Below, piece after piece: positions 1 through 14,104 of a DNA stretch of 64,000 nucleotides. The notes beneath the pieces were generated by a model. The model made no database searches. It was not told the origin of the DNA and worked only from the letters and a program-made list of their open reading frames with translations. Positions within the stretch are counted from its first letter, which is position 1. Every line of letters begins with the position of its first letter. The stretch is from the NCBI RefSeq assembly GCF_000181795.1, contig NW_003526943.1:11336007-11400006 (forward strand), in the 5' to 3' direction. The translations under genes were made by a program, and so were the position numbers. The stretch comes from Trichinella spiralis (taxonomy: Eukaryota).

Positions 1-1953
1 TGCACATAATTACATACATGCGTAAAAAATAATTTTCTATCTCGATACAGGAATTTATTGTTTTGCAAGAAGCAGAGATGATTAAATTAGGATGAATTTC
101 TTTTCAATTGCAGAATTCTCTTACTAATTTAAAAATTTTATTGGTTTTATTTGTTGACTCGCACAGTTGTTTTAGTATATATAGATAATATAAACAGAAA
201 ATATAAAAGTATATATATATATGTATATAACGTAAATAGATTTTACTGGCTAATAATTTGTTGATGCTTCAAACAAGCAAATTTTTGTATGAAGTTGAAT
301 AAATTCTTTTTAAAATAGATGAATAGTATGAAGCGCTGCATGTTTACTTTCCTATTTATCGTTTTACATTTTTTTCCTGCATAATTTTGATTTTTTTCCA
401 AATGCTGTTTATGATTTCAATTTTTTCAAGTTTTATTTTGAAATTTGTAAAATCTTTTTTATTTCATGCTGTTTAGGTATTTTAAGTTCTTGTTGAAAGC
501 TTTCCATATTATACCAACGATCAGACAGTGCTGCATTGTGTGTAATCGACTTAGCTTTTCTAATATTTTTCTGTTCGTATGCTTAATTACACATTGCTAT
601 TGTTCTCAATCGAAAATCAGTTTTGCACTTGTGCAAACATTTTCCACCTATGGTGACAACTTGCTATAGAGCTTGCTTTGAACATGCTTTTTGAATTTTC
701 TACTGATAAGTTTCATTTGTTTGTTTTATATTTGTTCAGCATTGATTTCAGTTGTGTTTTAAAGTTGCATCGAGTATATTAATATGCACGTACATTACGT
801 ATGCAATTCAAAAAGAATAATTATTTTTAGTATTATTTATTTTGCAATTGATTAATGAGAAAAAAATCAGTTGAATCGTTTGCACGCATGCTGGAAGATT
901 CTGAAAATTTTTTAAGATGCATAATTTCGATGGGAGTAGAAACTGTTTTGAAAGGAAGAAAATGAAATTGACACATTGTATGAAAACTCTGATAGGATGA
1001 AGCTGATCACACCACGATCATGTTATTCTTCGCGAGCAAATTATCCAAATTTCTGCATATTATTCGTGAGCATTTTGTGCTTCATGCAATTGATCAGTCG
1101 GCTGGTTAACATGATGTTCTGGTTTACCTTGCCGTATGGAAAATTTTGAAAAAGAAATGTAATGCCCATAATCTCAGCTCATTAACTTATTCGATAATTG
1201 TTTTTGAAGGACCGGATGCTGGTCTCTGATGACGGCTATCAACACAGCCCCAAATGCAACAACAAGAAAAACGATGCAGCTGACGGTGACAGTCAAACGG
1301 CCAGTATGCTATTGTAAATCGATCAGCCACGGGGATAATTTTCCTACTGTCCACAATTAATGCTATATCAACCGCAAATACTTTTTCTTCATCATCGTCA
1401 ATGCAATTAACAGATACAAACAGCATTATTAAAATAATACTTAAATTCTTCTGCAATTGTTGCTGCTTCATGTTTAATTTTCTTGTACAACAATTCTAAA
1501 TATTAGCATTTAAATATAAAACAATTTTTTAAAATGCACTTTCAGGTGTTGCTTTTTATGTTCACTTTTTGGTTCGACGATTAAACAAAAAGTGAAGCAA
1601 ATACAATATACGGTCGCTGCTGTTGAAAATTCATCAAATCACTTTTCGACTGTGACAAAATGCTTTTGAAATAATATCCACTTCAGATGTTGTTTTATTT
1701 TTACTTTAAAATTTAAATTAAAACTATCAAACTTTTTATTTACAGCAATTATTAATTGTTAATTTAATTTAATTTTTCCAACATAAAATGTTAATACTTC
1801 TTTTATTTAACAAACAAGAAGGGAAAAAAAGAAAAGCCAACAATAAGCAATGTTGAAAATAGTTGAGCAAATCACATGAAAATATATAGATGCAGTTTTG
1901 ATTAGATGTAACAATGGTTGTCATGTTAATATTTGCTTTCCACTAGAGTACAA

Positions 1954-4824
1954 TCATGAACGGAATTTTTGAATCGAACAATTGGAAGGTGAATTTGCAA
2001 ATGGTCGATGCGCACCACCTCTGCCCCGCCCTCGACTTGAACCACGCCCACGAAAACGTGGACGTCCTCTTGCCCGATTGGGGTAACTGTGATTGTGATT
2101 TGCCGCCGTCGATTCTTGCAAGCCGGTGCTACAGTAATTGTTTGTGGTTCCTATGAATTTTTTACCAACTGGCCTGTCGGCTTGCCGTTCAAGTCCACAC
2201 AATTTTCGAAATTCACCATCACAAGTGACGCAACGTTTTTTCTCTGATTTACCATCGGTAAAAGGGTTATCAGCCTAGAAAGAAAAAAATTTTTTTTTCT
2301 TTTTTAAAATTTACTCGTCCTGCATATGGATTAGTAAAAAGAAATTCCAACATGTCACCAAACCAACCTGCGTATAAATCACGTGAACCAATCTAGAGTT
2401 GCACTGGGGACAATGGTCATCCGTAACCCGTACCATTTTGGCGCCTTTGAATATACGAACCTTGAATTTACACTGATTGCAACAAAGTTGCCATTTTGGC
2501 GCCGATCCAGGGTCCAACAGCAACGAACCTCTGAAAGCACTTTTTGCAGCCGTTCTGGCACAGTATTCGCAAATGGCTACGGCTAAGGTTCGCGACGAAT
2601 AGGGACAAGTTGGGTGTGTGCATCGGTTACACGCTTGTTCAGGTCGCATATCTTCGAATGGCGGATTGGAATAACAATATGGACAAAGTGCGTGATCACC
2701 TCCGTTGCCGCCGTTTACGCAGTATATCAAATCGAAGCCATCCAACGGGCATTTAGCGTCGTTCAGTGGACGAAAACTTATTGTCGACCCTCTGGGCAGT
2801 GGATAAGTCAATTGACAAGTTGCACAAAAAAGGCGTTTTTTCCCTTGAAGCACAATTTTCATGTATCGGCGACAACGCCCACATCGGCTGAACGGTTTCC
2901 CAGAATCAGCCAACGTCTGAAATGTGTCCTCAAATAGAGCATCCATTAGTGCCACGTTTTCCACGAAATAGTGGAATTTTTTAGTAAATATGTCCAATAT
3001 GTGCTCTTTCATTGACGCAGGATTCGCTTGGCCGTCAGCAATCAACATCAACTGATGCTCTATTGCACTTCGCATTTCCGCTTCCACTAGCTGGCAATCA
3101 ATTTTCCAATATCCGTGTACCAAAATCACTCCAAGTTGCGTTGGTACCAGACGCCTGGATGATTCTTGCACGGTGACGTAATTTCTTTGGCAAATGTTGT
3201 TGATGTGAACCGGTATCGATGCGTCAGTGCCAATGCCGTGCCGTTCCATCAGCGTGATTAATTCCGTTTCGGTCAAATGGTCCGGCGGCGAAGTCTGACC
3301 TTGGTCCATCAGCAGATCGACCACATTCCACCGGTCACCGACGTTCACGGTGGCCGGCAAGCTGTTCTCATTGGCAGTCACTTGTTGCCAAGTGAACACC
3401 TCAGTAAAGCCGGGATCTATTGGCCGACTGCTGGTCAACGTGAAGCGCTCGCCGGCCAAATCGAGCTGAATCGTCCTCAGCTCGTATACACAATTGCCCA
3501 TCAGTGTGGCAAGAAAATGACACACCACATACTCGTACAGACGAGCCTCGCTGGTGGACGTAAATTTCGGTTCACCAACATGACCGAGCGGTGTAATTGG
3601 CGGATGATCACCCGCATCCTGACCACTCTTCGGCATTCTGACTCCTCGGTCGAGAATCGCTTGTGCCACTGAAGCAAATTGTCCACTTTTGGCCAACGGA
3701 CCCAGCACTGAGTGGAAATCAAAATTTGATGCATACCGCGTGGTCTCGGTTCTCGGGTAACTGATCAAACCGTTGGTGTACAGATGCTCAGCCAGGTGCA
3801 TTGTCTGCTGCGGTCCGAGGTGCAATCGAGACGAGCCAACGCGCAACAATTCTACAGTATTCAACGCGGCTGGTTTCTGTTTCTGCTTCTTAGTAGTAGT
3901 CACGCTGACCACGGTGGCAAAACGCTGCCTCTTTGCCCGACTGAAAAGCACGTTGAAAACTTCCTGATCGAACAGCTGTTGCCGTGCCCAAGAGGCGGTC
4001 ATCGTCGATCCACCTCCATCACTAGTCACAACTGCTCGCATTGACCAGTACGGCTCCGGTTTGAAATTCTTCATCTCGTCCAAACGAGCCACACAAAATC
4101 CCAACGTCGGCGTTTGACACGGACCGTAAGAAATTAGCTTACTGTCGACGTTGCCATATTTTTCGTGAAAAAAACGAGTCTGAAAGCGGGTAAAAGCACA
4201 ACCGATGCGCAAGTCCAACTCTTGCCTCGTGTCCACAGATACGGCTTGCAATTTATTCGGCCTGCCCAGTTTGCTCATAGCCTTAAAAGCATGTTAGTAT
4301 TACACTGCTGAGAAAAAAAATCAAAACTGAACAAAACTGTTCACTTTCAATATATCCTGTGGTGCCAACGAGGAGAACTGCGCGCGATAGATTGCCCGCT
4401 GGTCGTACGGATGCCGCATCATCGGTTGCACAATGTCGATCACTTCGAAACAAATATTTTCGCCCTCTTTGTCGCAGTCCAACCACAAAACCAAATAATC
4501 CACCCCTCGACCTTCAGATGCCAAGAAGTTCACCATTTTCAATTTCGGATTCGCCTCCTCCTTGATCACATCGGCGTGGAAGAGCGTGGCCGGATCCACG
4601 CGATCCCAGTCGTTGTACTTTTTCGGAAAATTCATCGTCATCACGTGACCACAAGTTGAGGTCATTTTGAAACGCACAGGCTGGCCAAAGAAGTCGCCAT
4701 CAAATTCGTGAATAGAGCAGACGCCGTTGAAGCCACGTCTGGTGGACATTCGACCATTGGATAAAATTTCTGCTATCGATTTCGCCAGCAGCGGCTTTTC
4801 CGCTACCATCAACACCACTTTCAT
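1954..4824 (-). CDS. TOP3B: DNA topoisomerase III beta (type IA), 3 exons, ~904 aa
   Basis: Exons 4824-4345, 4281-2368, 2274-1954, joined by phase-0 GT-AG introns. TOPRIM motifs VLMVAEKP, TSTCGH and LWLDCDKEGENI; catalytic GLISYPRTET; GIGTDAS; C-terminal CxxC zinc ribbons; RGG-rich tail (RARGRPRFRGRGSSRGRGRGG) typical of the beta paralogue. Confidence 0.96.
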
Positions 4825-7800
4825 CGTTAACTAAATGAAGTGCAACTGTTTTTCTCAACAACGCAACAGTTCGACCACAGTATATGTGTTGTAATCTTTA
4901 CACACTGAATAAATAACGATTGTCCAAACAAGCTATAATCGGACTGAATAATCAGCAACAATGATTCACACTCTGAATGACAAGTGGTAACAAATTATTC
5001 GCTCATTATTTAAATTAAATCTTTTCAGTCAACCAAAAATAACCCAATAAGTTATCTTTAGAAACTCTATAAAAATACCAAAATTATCATCAAATTATTG
5101 CAATACTTCGTAAAAAACAAATAAGTAAATAAATAAGAATGCTTTCAAGGAAATAAATGTTCAATGAGTCAATTTGCGCTCAACTCTATTTTTTTCTAAA
5201 AGAATGGAGTTAAAAATCTTTTTGAAAACAATAAAGATGTTAGTCAAAAAATTTGAAGTATATGTTCAAATTTTTCAAAAATACTGTCAATTCATTAGCA
5301 TCAAAAAAATGCTTCGAAATAAAGGTTATGTTCAATAAAATTGCTGCATGCAACATAAATTTATTACAATAAATGTAAAAAAATACAATAAAAAAATAAA
5401 ATAATTCATAAATAAAATTCTATTTTTACCTCAAATTATAAATCAGTGCCATCGATAAGGAAAAAGACAAAAAAGCGTTAGAGAAAATGAAAAATGACCG
5501 AGAACAACGCTACAGTATTTATGAAAATAATGTATTATTAACAAAAGTTTGACTTATTTTAAAGAATAAACAATTGATTGAAAATTTGTTATTTACAATT
5601 ATCTACAATTTTGAATAATTTAACTGCAATTTAAATATGAATTTCAATTTATATAAACAAATAATCAAATAATTTGAAAAAAAGATCGTGAAATGGAATA
5701 TTAATTTACGGTAATTTTTAAAATAAAAATAAAAATTGATGCAAATAATTTAACCGAAATGTAAACTGTAAAATGCAGTTTATTTGCTAATAATATTTTA
5801 CTGCATTACTGTAGTCTAAATTACTGTAATTTGTCCTTTTAAATTAAGTTTTTGTTTTTTCTTCACAGACGCCAATTATAGTTTAAAATAAATCTGCGGA
5901 TAGCTCAGTTTTTGAATCGAAATTTGCTCAAGTATGTTTTTATTTTATTTATTTAAAATATTTTACTCAATTGTTTACTGTTGTGCTGGCTTTGTATTAC
6001 CGCGTTGAAAAAAATTTATCACATATTTATTCGACATTTTAATTGTTTATGTAATTTTATAATTCTGCGATTATAAATATTTTTGAATTTCTAGGTTTTT
6101 ACTTATTTCATTTTTTTTCACTTAGGCACTTTTATGGTAGAATATTTTTTTGTATTTTTAGTATTTTCAAGGTATTATTTATTTGTTCTATTTAACACTT
6201 GAAATAAATTATTCGATTTATATATAATTTTAATGGAGAGAAATTTTGTTATCATGAATTATGTAAATTCAGACAAATACTGGAATATTTTATGGTCTTG
6301 TCAAACTAGATACTTTATGGTTGTTACTTTAAAACTTTTTAACAGATAAATGCTCTATTTGTTTAAGAAAAGATTTGCAGTACTTGAAGATTTTTTCTTA
6401 ATTTAATATATATAAATTTTATAAATGTACATAGCAGGCTATTCAATAAATATACATCGTTCAGTGTTGAACTTTCTTCTGAAGATCAGTTTGAATGGTT
6501 TCATTATGAAAAGAGTTATAAAAATTCATGTTTTCATGAAACACGTGTGCATTATGATTCATTTTTTGTGTAATGAGTATCAGGTTCAATTTTGAATTTT
6601 TTGTTTCAGAAGCAAATAAATGGTTAAGCAGAAAAGTTTAATAATAATTCTATTTGTGTATTGCGTCATTTGACAACGATTAAACGTTGGTCAACTTGAT
6701 CATCGCTGTGCTGTGAAATTTAAATATTTGATTTTAGCGTAAATGTGGGGTAATGGATGAAGTGGAATTCTAGAATGCGTTTTATTTTTAAAAATTGTAT
6801 TTTAAATTTATTATTTTTTGTTTCTAAAGTTGACGTTCAGTATAATTATGATTTAATGAATAGTTTGAATACATTTTAATTTGTCAATTTAAAATATATT
6901 AAAAGAATTGTATTTTTTTTATTTGTTCAAATGTACAAGTTGTTTCATTGGGTGGTGCAGAAGCGGAGCAAGTGTTTCATTGAAAGGGGAAAAAGGTTGG
7001 TTTAAAAATAATCTGAATAATTGCAACAACTGTTCACTTTGAACTAGTCTGCTTTTTGAGAGAAAACGCATTTCAAAGCCAGCCTTGCGTAACTAAAAGC
7101 AGGTGCCAATGACAGATGGGAAACAAGAATTCCATCACAGCGGTAGCATATTTTATTTTCGTATAATTATATATATATATATGTATATGTGGGTTAGAAC
7201 ATCTCCGGTTGTAACGTCCACTGAGATAGAAGATAGATGGTGGAAATTTTATTACAATGAATTGTACCGGTTCCATTTGTCCACGTCAATGTCACTCTCC
7301 ACGATCACCATCCACCCGTCTCATTTCCCAGATAATTTCGTGTTGTATGGTTGAAATGCGTCCTTGGGCTTGCCCTGCCGACCTGCATACTGTGTTTGGT
7401 TATCCAATATTGACGTTTATCGTTGATTAATAATTTTAATTAGATCAACTATAAACTACAAGTCAATATTAGACAAGAATATTATTCAATAAAAATTATT
7501 TTCAATTAAATTTCAGTTAATTAATTGACCATGTTGAACAATATTCTTGTTGAATAGTGGAAAATATTTTTGAAAAGTTGAAAAAATAATCGAATCAATT
7601 CACAGTTTTAGGGGGGCTATTTTTCAGTGGAAGAAATTCGATTTTCATTTTCTTCACGTGAACACAAAGATGTGCTTGTTTGTTGCTGAACTTGAATAAT
7701 GGCTGCTTCTTGGATTGCAATTGCAATTTTAATGGCACGTTTAAATTTATATCGATTTTCCTTTCTAACAAAATATATGAGAAAGAAGTTTTTTTTTTGA

Positions 7801-9822
7801 ACTTATTTTTACGATTTTCATAATTTTATGTAAATTTTCAACAACTATAAATTTGTATAATATTTTTCCATCGACAGGGAAGATATTTTGTTTTTTGGAC
7901 ACAACAGTTTGTCAGTTATTGATTTGTGTTGTTAAATACATGGTCTGTTTAACTGATAATCATAATTTTTCATCTTATTTCTTCTTTCATTCACAATTGT
8001 TGAATATTTATTATTACCATTATGATTATGATTCATCAGGTGTTGTTAATTGTCAGTAGTGTTTGTAGTTGAGCAATGCGAACTGAATTCGGACTAATTT
8101 GATTGTTCACGTTCAAGCATGCTAGATAGATAGATAGATAAGACATTTGTAGTGTTGATTAGCTTTGAAGAGAAGAAAATATTTATCACCCGAAGTGTTC
8201 AAAATGCACAAACAGAATTTTGTGTTGATTAATCAAGACTTGTTTTCAAATGATCCATCTAGAGAAGCGTAGTAGATAGATGACAGTATATTCTAATTCA
8301 TCTTTGATTAAAAGGATCCTAAATAATGGAGAAAAGAAAAATTACTTGCATAATAAATAGATGAACAGTGTTGTTTTAAATTTTACAACAATGCGAGTTG
8401 TAAACAAACAAACAAAAAGTTAAATTGGCTCATAATTTGAAAATGCAAGTAATAAATAATAATCGTTGAGCATGCACGTTAGATGAGACACGGTGGACTG
8501 GATAGATTGAAAAGTTCCACTTCCTTTCTTCGGATTGATTTCTACTACTAAGGCTACTTTTGCAGAACACAACACAATCACAGAATAAGAATTTTTGCAT
8601 CATCAATTGTTGTTTCGATGAGATTGCAATGATGGGAATTTTCCATTTCTGTTTGATTGATTTTCAAAACCAAACACTCTCAAATCTTCTTTTTCAACTG
8701 CTGGATGATTGTCATCGTCAAACGTTGAATGCCTCGAAGGCTAATTTTTAATCCTTCAAATATGCATATTTCTATATATATATATATATATATATTTATT
8801 TATTTATTTGTTGAGCGGTGGAAATTTTTTTGCTAAAATATTCAAATTTCAAACAAACTATTAATTTGAAATCTATCAACTGCAGTAATATTAATTTATT
8901 CTTTAAATAAAATATTACTGTAATTGTGTCACACGTTATGAGCAATAATATAAAATATCTGTTGTTTGTTTGATTTTTTATTTGCCTTTCCGTGACAACG
9001 TGAAATAATAGTACGCTGTTTCAAAAAATATATTTGCAAAAAATGAGAAATAAAAAAAAGCACTTCTTTTTATGTTTGAAAGGTGGTGTTCACATTTCAG
9101 TACACTTTTTCAACTAGGAAATAAGGTTGGAAAAGTGCCAAATTTTTGTCTCATAATAATACTAATGATAATTTCATAATTCATTTTTGCTTTCTTTTCT
9201 TAACATCTGCTGCAGATTTATTCAAATTTATTAGTTTATTTTTTAAATAAAAATATATGAATAATATTGCAATCTTTTTTCCTGAACACGTATTTGTTTA
9301 TTCCATCAAGTGGGGCGGGCCGTTAATTGCATCCAATGGCAAGTGAAAATGGGGGAAACGCCTGTTTCTGTCGATTTTGCTGAACAGCAATTAAATTTTG
9401 CCACTGCTTAATGGATGATGTTTCTAGTAATTTGACGAATAAATTATGAAGCATGGAAATTGTATTTTTGAAATGCAAAATTAGCATAAAAAAAGAGCAA
9501 GGGGGAAAAAAACAACACGTTTACTGTACTTGTTTATAAGCATGTATTATTATTATTATTATTATTGGTTAGTTATAATTGGCAAATTAATATTTCATTT
9601 TTGTGGATTGTTTCTTTTTTGTTTTTATCTTCATTAAACACTTGTTGATTAATATTTGTTAAAATTTTGGTGAATTGCCATTTCAATCAGTCACAGTATA
9701 TATTCCCATTGAATTTTCCAACTATTTCTGCTCAACAGCTTCACGTTGACTTTTGCAATATGTTCAAGTATTGTTAATTGTTGTTGTTTTTTTCATTTAT
9801 TTTATGAGGAAATTGCTCAAAA

Positions 9823-12800
9823 ATGAAAAAGTCCACTCGACCGAAACAGCAACATGCAGACGAAAGGACGAAAGCTGAATCGGTGGGCAAGAGGTCGACG
9901 AATTTGGTCCACGAGATCAGCCGCTACTACAAGCCGGTGCTTGGTCGAGAGGAACCGTGGTCCACTGGTTCCAGCTCTGCTGACCGATTGTCACCGTTGC
10001 CCAGTGTTGGTGGACCGCAGTCGAACGTGCCGGAGCAGGATGTGCTCACCAGCACCAGCACCGGTACCAGCACCAGAACCAGAACCAGCAGAAGCTCTAC
10101 GGTCAGCTCGACCTGGTCAACGGCGGATGGGGATTTCGACCGTGACCATCCGCGACTGGAGCGCATGTCGGCAAAGTTGGCCTGCGACCAGTTGAAAGCG
10201 TTGCTGCTGAATCAGCGTCAAGAATACCGACGGAAGTTGGCGTTGGAGAAGGCCAAACGACGGGCGGTGGAAAATCTGCTGCTGCTCAAAGAACGCCCGA
10301 GCGACAATGCCAGCCGATCTTCGGCGTCCATCTCCACGGTCGATCATTCGCCAAGTCCACTTCCACAGCCCAGCCTGGACACGACCACGACTTCGACCGT
10401 TTCTCAGAGCAACAAGGAAAATTCTCTTCTCCATTCATCCGGCGACAGTGACCGTTGGCGTGAAGTGACCCTGGTGGCGTCTCGGAGCACTGGTCAACAC
10501 TGGTCTGCGTCGTCCATTCGTAGCGACGTTTCAACTAGCCGCGCCGGGATCTCGTGGTTCTTGCCGTTGGGTCGAAGTGACCACCAAAGCACCGGTCAGC
10601 CGTGCCCCACACTCCAGGTACCCTGTCCAGACCGATTTTGCACCCGGCTGGGTAGAATTTGGTTTTAATTTTTGATTTGTAGAAATGTCTGATTACCCGG
10701 CGCCCGTCGGTGGTGGAATCGATCAGACGACGCCAGGCCAGCTTGCAGGAAGCACACGCTTATAGGAAGACGGTGTCGGCGAAAACCCGCCAGTTAGCCG
10801 AACACGTGGCTTTGGGTTTGCTGAGCGAAGAAGAAGCCGCCGAGGCAATGATGCACCTACCTCGTTCCGATGCCTTTCTACACTGCGATCTCTTACGTGA
10901 AACCAGAAGGTATGGATATTTAAATTCAATTTTCCAATTCATATATTTCAATAAACAAATAAAAGTATGTATAAAGATATGATCGATTCCATTTTATAGC
11001 AGCACAATCGAGTTGTTTTATTGTTCCTTTATCTATTTATCATTATCCAATCGGTGAGCGGGGTAAGCGATGAAGCCGTCTTTTCTTTTTTAATGTTGCA
11101 TCGTCATCAGCAAATAATAATATAAACACAGTCGTAATATTTTTAAATAATACAAATTCAATCATATTGCAAATGAAGCACGAAATTTTTCGTTTTTTTC
11201 TTTTTTATCTTGCTTCTTTTGCAGCAGCTGTCGTTTTTCTCTCAAAAATGCGAACAGCAGCAGTTGAGGAGAAGTTTCTGATTAACGTCAGCAGAATTTA
11301 AATTTCAGCATCATCTGTTTCTTTCGATTCTTTGAATTGAATTCGAAATTGTAATTTTATCAATTTTGCGCTTTAAATAAACAACAGCAACTATTTTAAT
11401 TTTAATTTTAATTTTAATCACTATTCAAAAGAAGATGATAATGATGAAAAAGACAATGAGCGGCAGTCTGTTAGTTGAATCCATTTGTAATATGAACTCG
11501 TTGTTTATAAAACTATTTAACACAATATAACCACCAGCAATAATAATCGATTCGCGATAATACGTGAAATATGACCTGGTTGTAATTTTGAATTTCGCGT
11601 CCAACTGTAGAGATTGCTTTAATAATACCGCTTATATAAATATAAATATTTGTGTGTGCGTGTGTGTGTGAACTTTTAACCCACTTTGAAACATTTGCAC
11701 GCGTTAGCAATGCTGTTCTAGCTGTTTTGACAGATATGCAACAAGCTAATTTATTATCTTGCAAGCAAATCAATTTTCAATCTATTTCTTTTAGTTCTTT
11801 CTTATGAAATGATTGGATTTGAACAAATGACGTGGGAAAGGTGTAAAAATGTTGTTAATAAGCGAATTTTTAATATTTGACCGACCCTCACATGAAAAAT
11901 TTGGCCAGTACTGTTTGTTTACTGAAATTAATTTTTCTTTTGTATTCTATATCATTTGATTATTTGTCAATTCTATGCATCATCTGTGTATATGTGTGCG
12001 CGCGCGCGCCAATTTACGTCAACTGCTTTGTAAATTATATTTGCTTATTGGCCTTTTATCAGTCAAGTATCAAGTAATTTGCATTTTTGGGCGTTTTGTT
12101 TGTTGAAAATTTCTTCTGCTGTGCGAATGTGAAAATGATTTTGTCGAATGTCAACAGTTTCAATTATTATTATAATGTCAAACAAATTACATATTTATAT
12201 AAGTTATGTATGTTATTATTATGCATACTGTTATATATTTTGATGAGAAAAAATACAGATACTGTTTCATTTGTTGATCTGTCTGTTTGGACGAATATTA
12301 TTAAACAAATTTATCAAATTTAACTTTTCTTTGAATTGATTACACGGCCTTTTTTTCTTCAATTCAGTTTTGTACGAACTTTTTTAATTCAGTTTAAATG
12401 AACGCTAAACGGATTTTTTCCCATCATTAATCAAATAATAAAGCAGTAGCTGTTCTCAAATTTCCTTTCCAAAGCGTACATTATTATTATTATTATTATT
12501 AATTATGCTCTATTTCTGTTTTTTTTCAAGGAAACACCGGTCACTGCCTGAACGACAACAAAAGATTCTTCAAGCACGTCAGCAAGTTCAGCTGGCGACC
12601 AATCGCATCTTAGCTCGAATGTACTCTCAGGTTGGCACTTTTTTTCTGCATAATAATAATAATAATAATCATAATAGATGATGTTACGGAATTACGTTAT
12701 TTTTTGAATTTATGTTTTCAAGCAACGTTGTTATATGCTCTATATAATTTTTATCCTTGTTTCATTTTTTGTTTTTTACCTTTCACATTTGCAACTAGAA

Positions 12801-12970
12801 ATGATGCATTGGGATATATATAAATATATATGTAGATGTAGATGTGGTATAATTTGGTAGTCAGTGAAGAAGTGTTTTTCTTTTCAATTTTTCAGAGACA
12901 CGCCTACGAAATGCTGATGAGAAAATGTCACCATGGAAAAGAGAAACAGCCACAGAGCAGAAAGCATTGA
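9823..12970 (+). CDS. ALMS-motif protein (ALMS1/CEP295/C10orf90 family-like), 4 exons, ~398 aa; 5' end uncertain
   Basis: Exons 9823-10617, 10683-10909, 12531-12630, 12896-12970 with compatible phases. The spliced C-terminus reads GISWFLPL...PTLQKCLITRRPSVVESIRRRQ...DLLRETRRKHRSLPERQQK...TNRILARMYSQRHAYEMLMRK, paralleling the ALMS1 C-terminus as recalled (GISWFEPI...TLQESL...RPDFISRS...SKRIYEQLPEV...YRLRAQLYKK). Ser/Thr-rich N-terminus with a short coiled coil. Confidence 0.72.
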
Positions 12971-14104
12971 AGAAAAAACTTTGAATGAAAATCAAATGCA
13001 GCGGCAGCGATGGTGAAAAACAAAACAATGCCATTGACGACAGAATATACAGAAGAAAATGGGCAAAATAAAAGTGAATGTCTATTTCATCTATATTTGT
13101 ATCTATTTATATACTTCATATATATATATATTGTTTTTTTAAATGGGTTTTTCATTTGAAAGCCAAAGAAATTGTGCATTGTCTATCTTTTTGGAATACA
13201 ATGCGCAGATATTATATACATCCTGTCATACATAAAATATTATCATCTTCATCATCATGTATTCGTTTCATATTCATCATATTAATAAAAATAGCTTGAT
13301 TTTTTTCCGTTTTTTTTTGCTTGCATATTACTTTTTCCTTTCATTGTGCAGCAAAACATACAGACAGAAAAAAATAAAAAGAAGAGTAGCGAGGGAGACA
13401 GAGAGTGAGCGCGCATAGTAGTAGTAAGAGACATGACGAACAAATAGAAAAAAAGTAAAAATAAAATTGTCAAAATTTTATAAGCAAAAGAAAAAAAAAT
13501 AGAAACATAAAGAAAGGGATAGAGATAGCGAACGAGAGGAGGAAAAGCAAGGAAAATAAGGATAAAATTTCAAAAATACACCCGTCTTGCTTATGAATTA
13601 ATGAATATTTTTTGCTGTGTAACGAACAACTGAAAGCATGCAACTTCTTCTATTGTAAAACACAGTGACAAAACAGTGAATGAAAACTGGAAACAAATAT
13701 ATATATATATATTTGTATATATATATATATACATATATATACATATATATGTATAAACGAACAGCAATAATAATAATAATAATATTGAATGATAATGATG
13801 ATGTCGATAATAATAAAGAATAAAATGCAGTTACAGAGACGGGACTGATGAAAAACATAAGAACCAGTGAAAAAATACACAATACAGCAAGCAGCGTTGC
13901 TGCTAGGGTAGGGTACAAAGAGTATACATGAACAGTGGTAGAAGTAGTAGAAAAACATTTGTAGTAGTATACATACATATATAGATGTATGTGTTTTAAT
14001 GGCCATTACAAATCACTGTTGCTGTAGACAATGATGACAACAACTCCTCTCGTCTGGCAATAATTCAAGTGAAGCTTCTTCTTCTTCTTTTTCGTCTCCT
14101 TCTT

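Noticed and set aside
11513..14006. Several hydrophobic I/Y/F-rich ORFs
   Set aside because: Translations of AT-rich microsatellite intron and UTR sequence.
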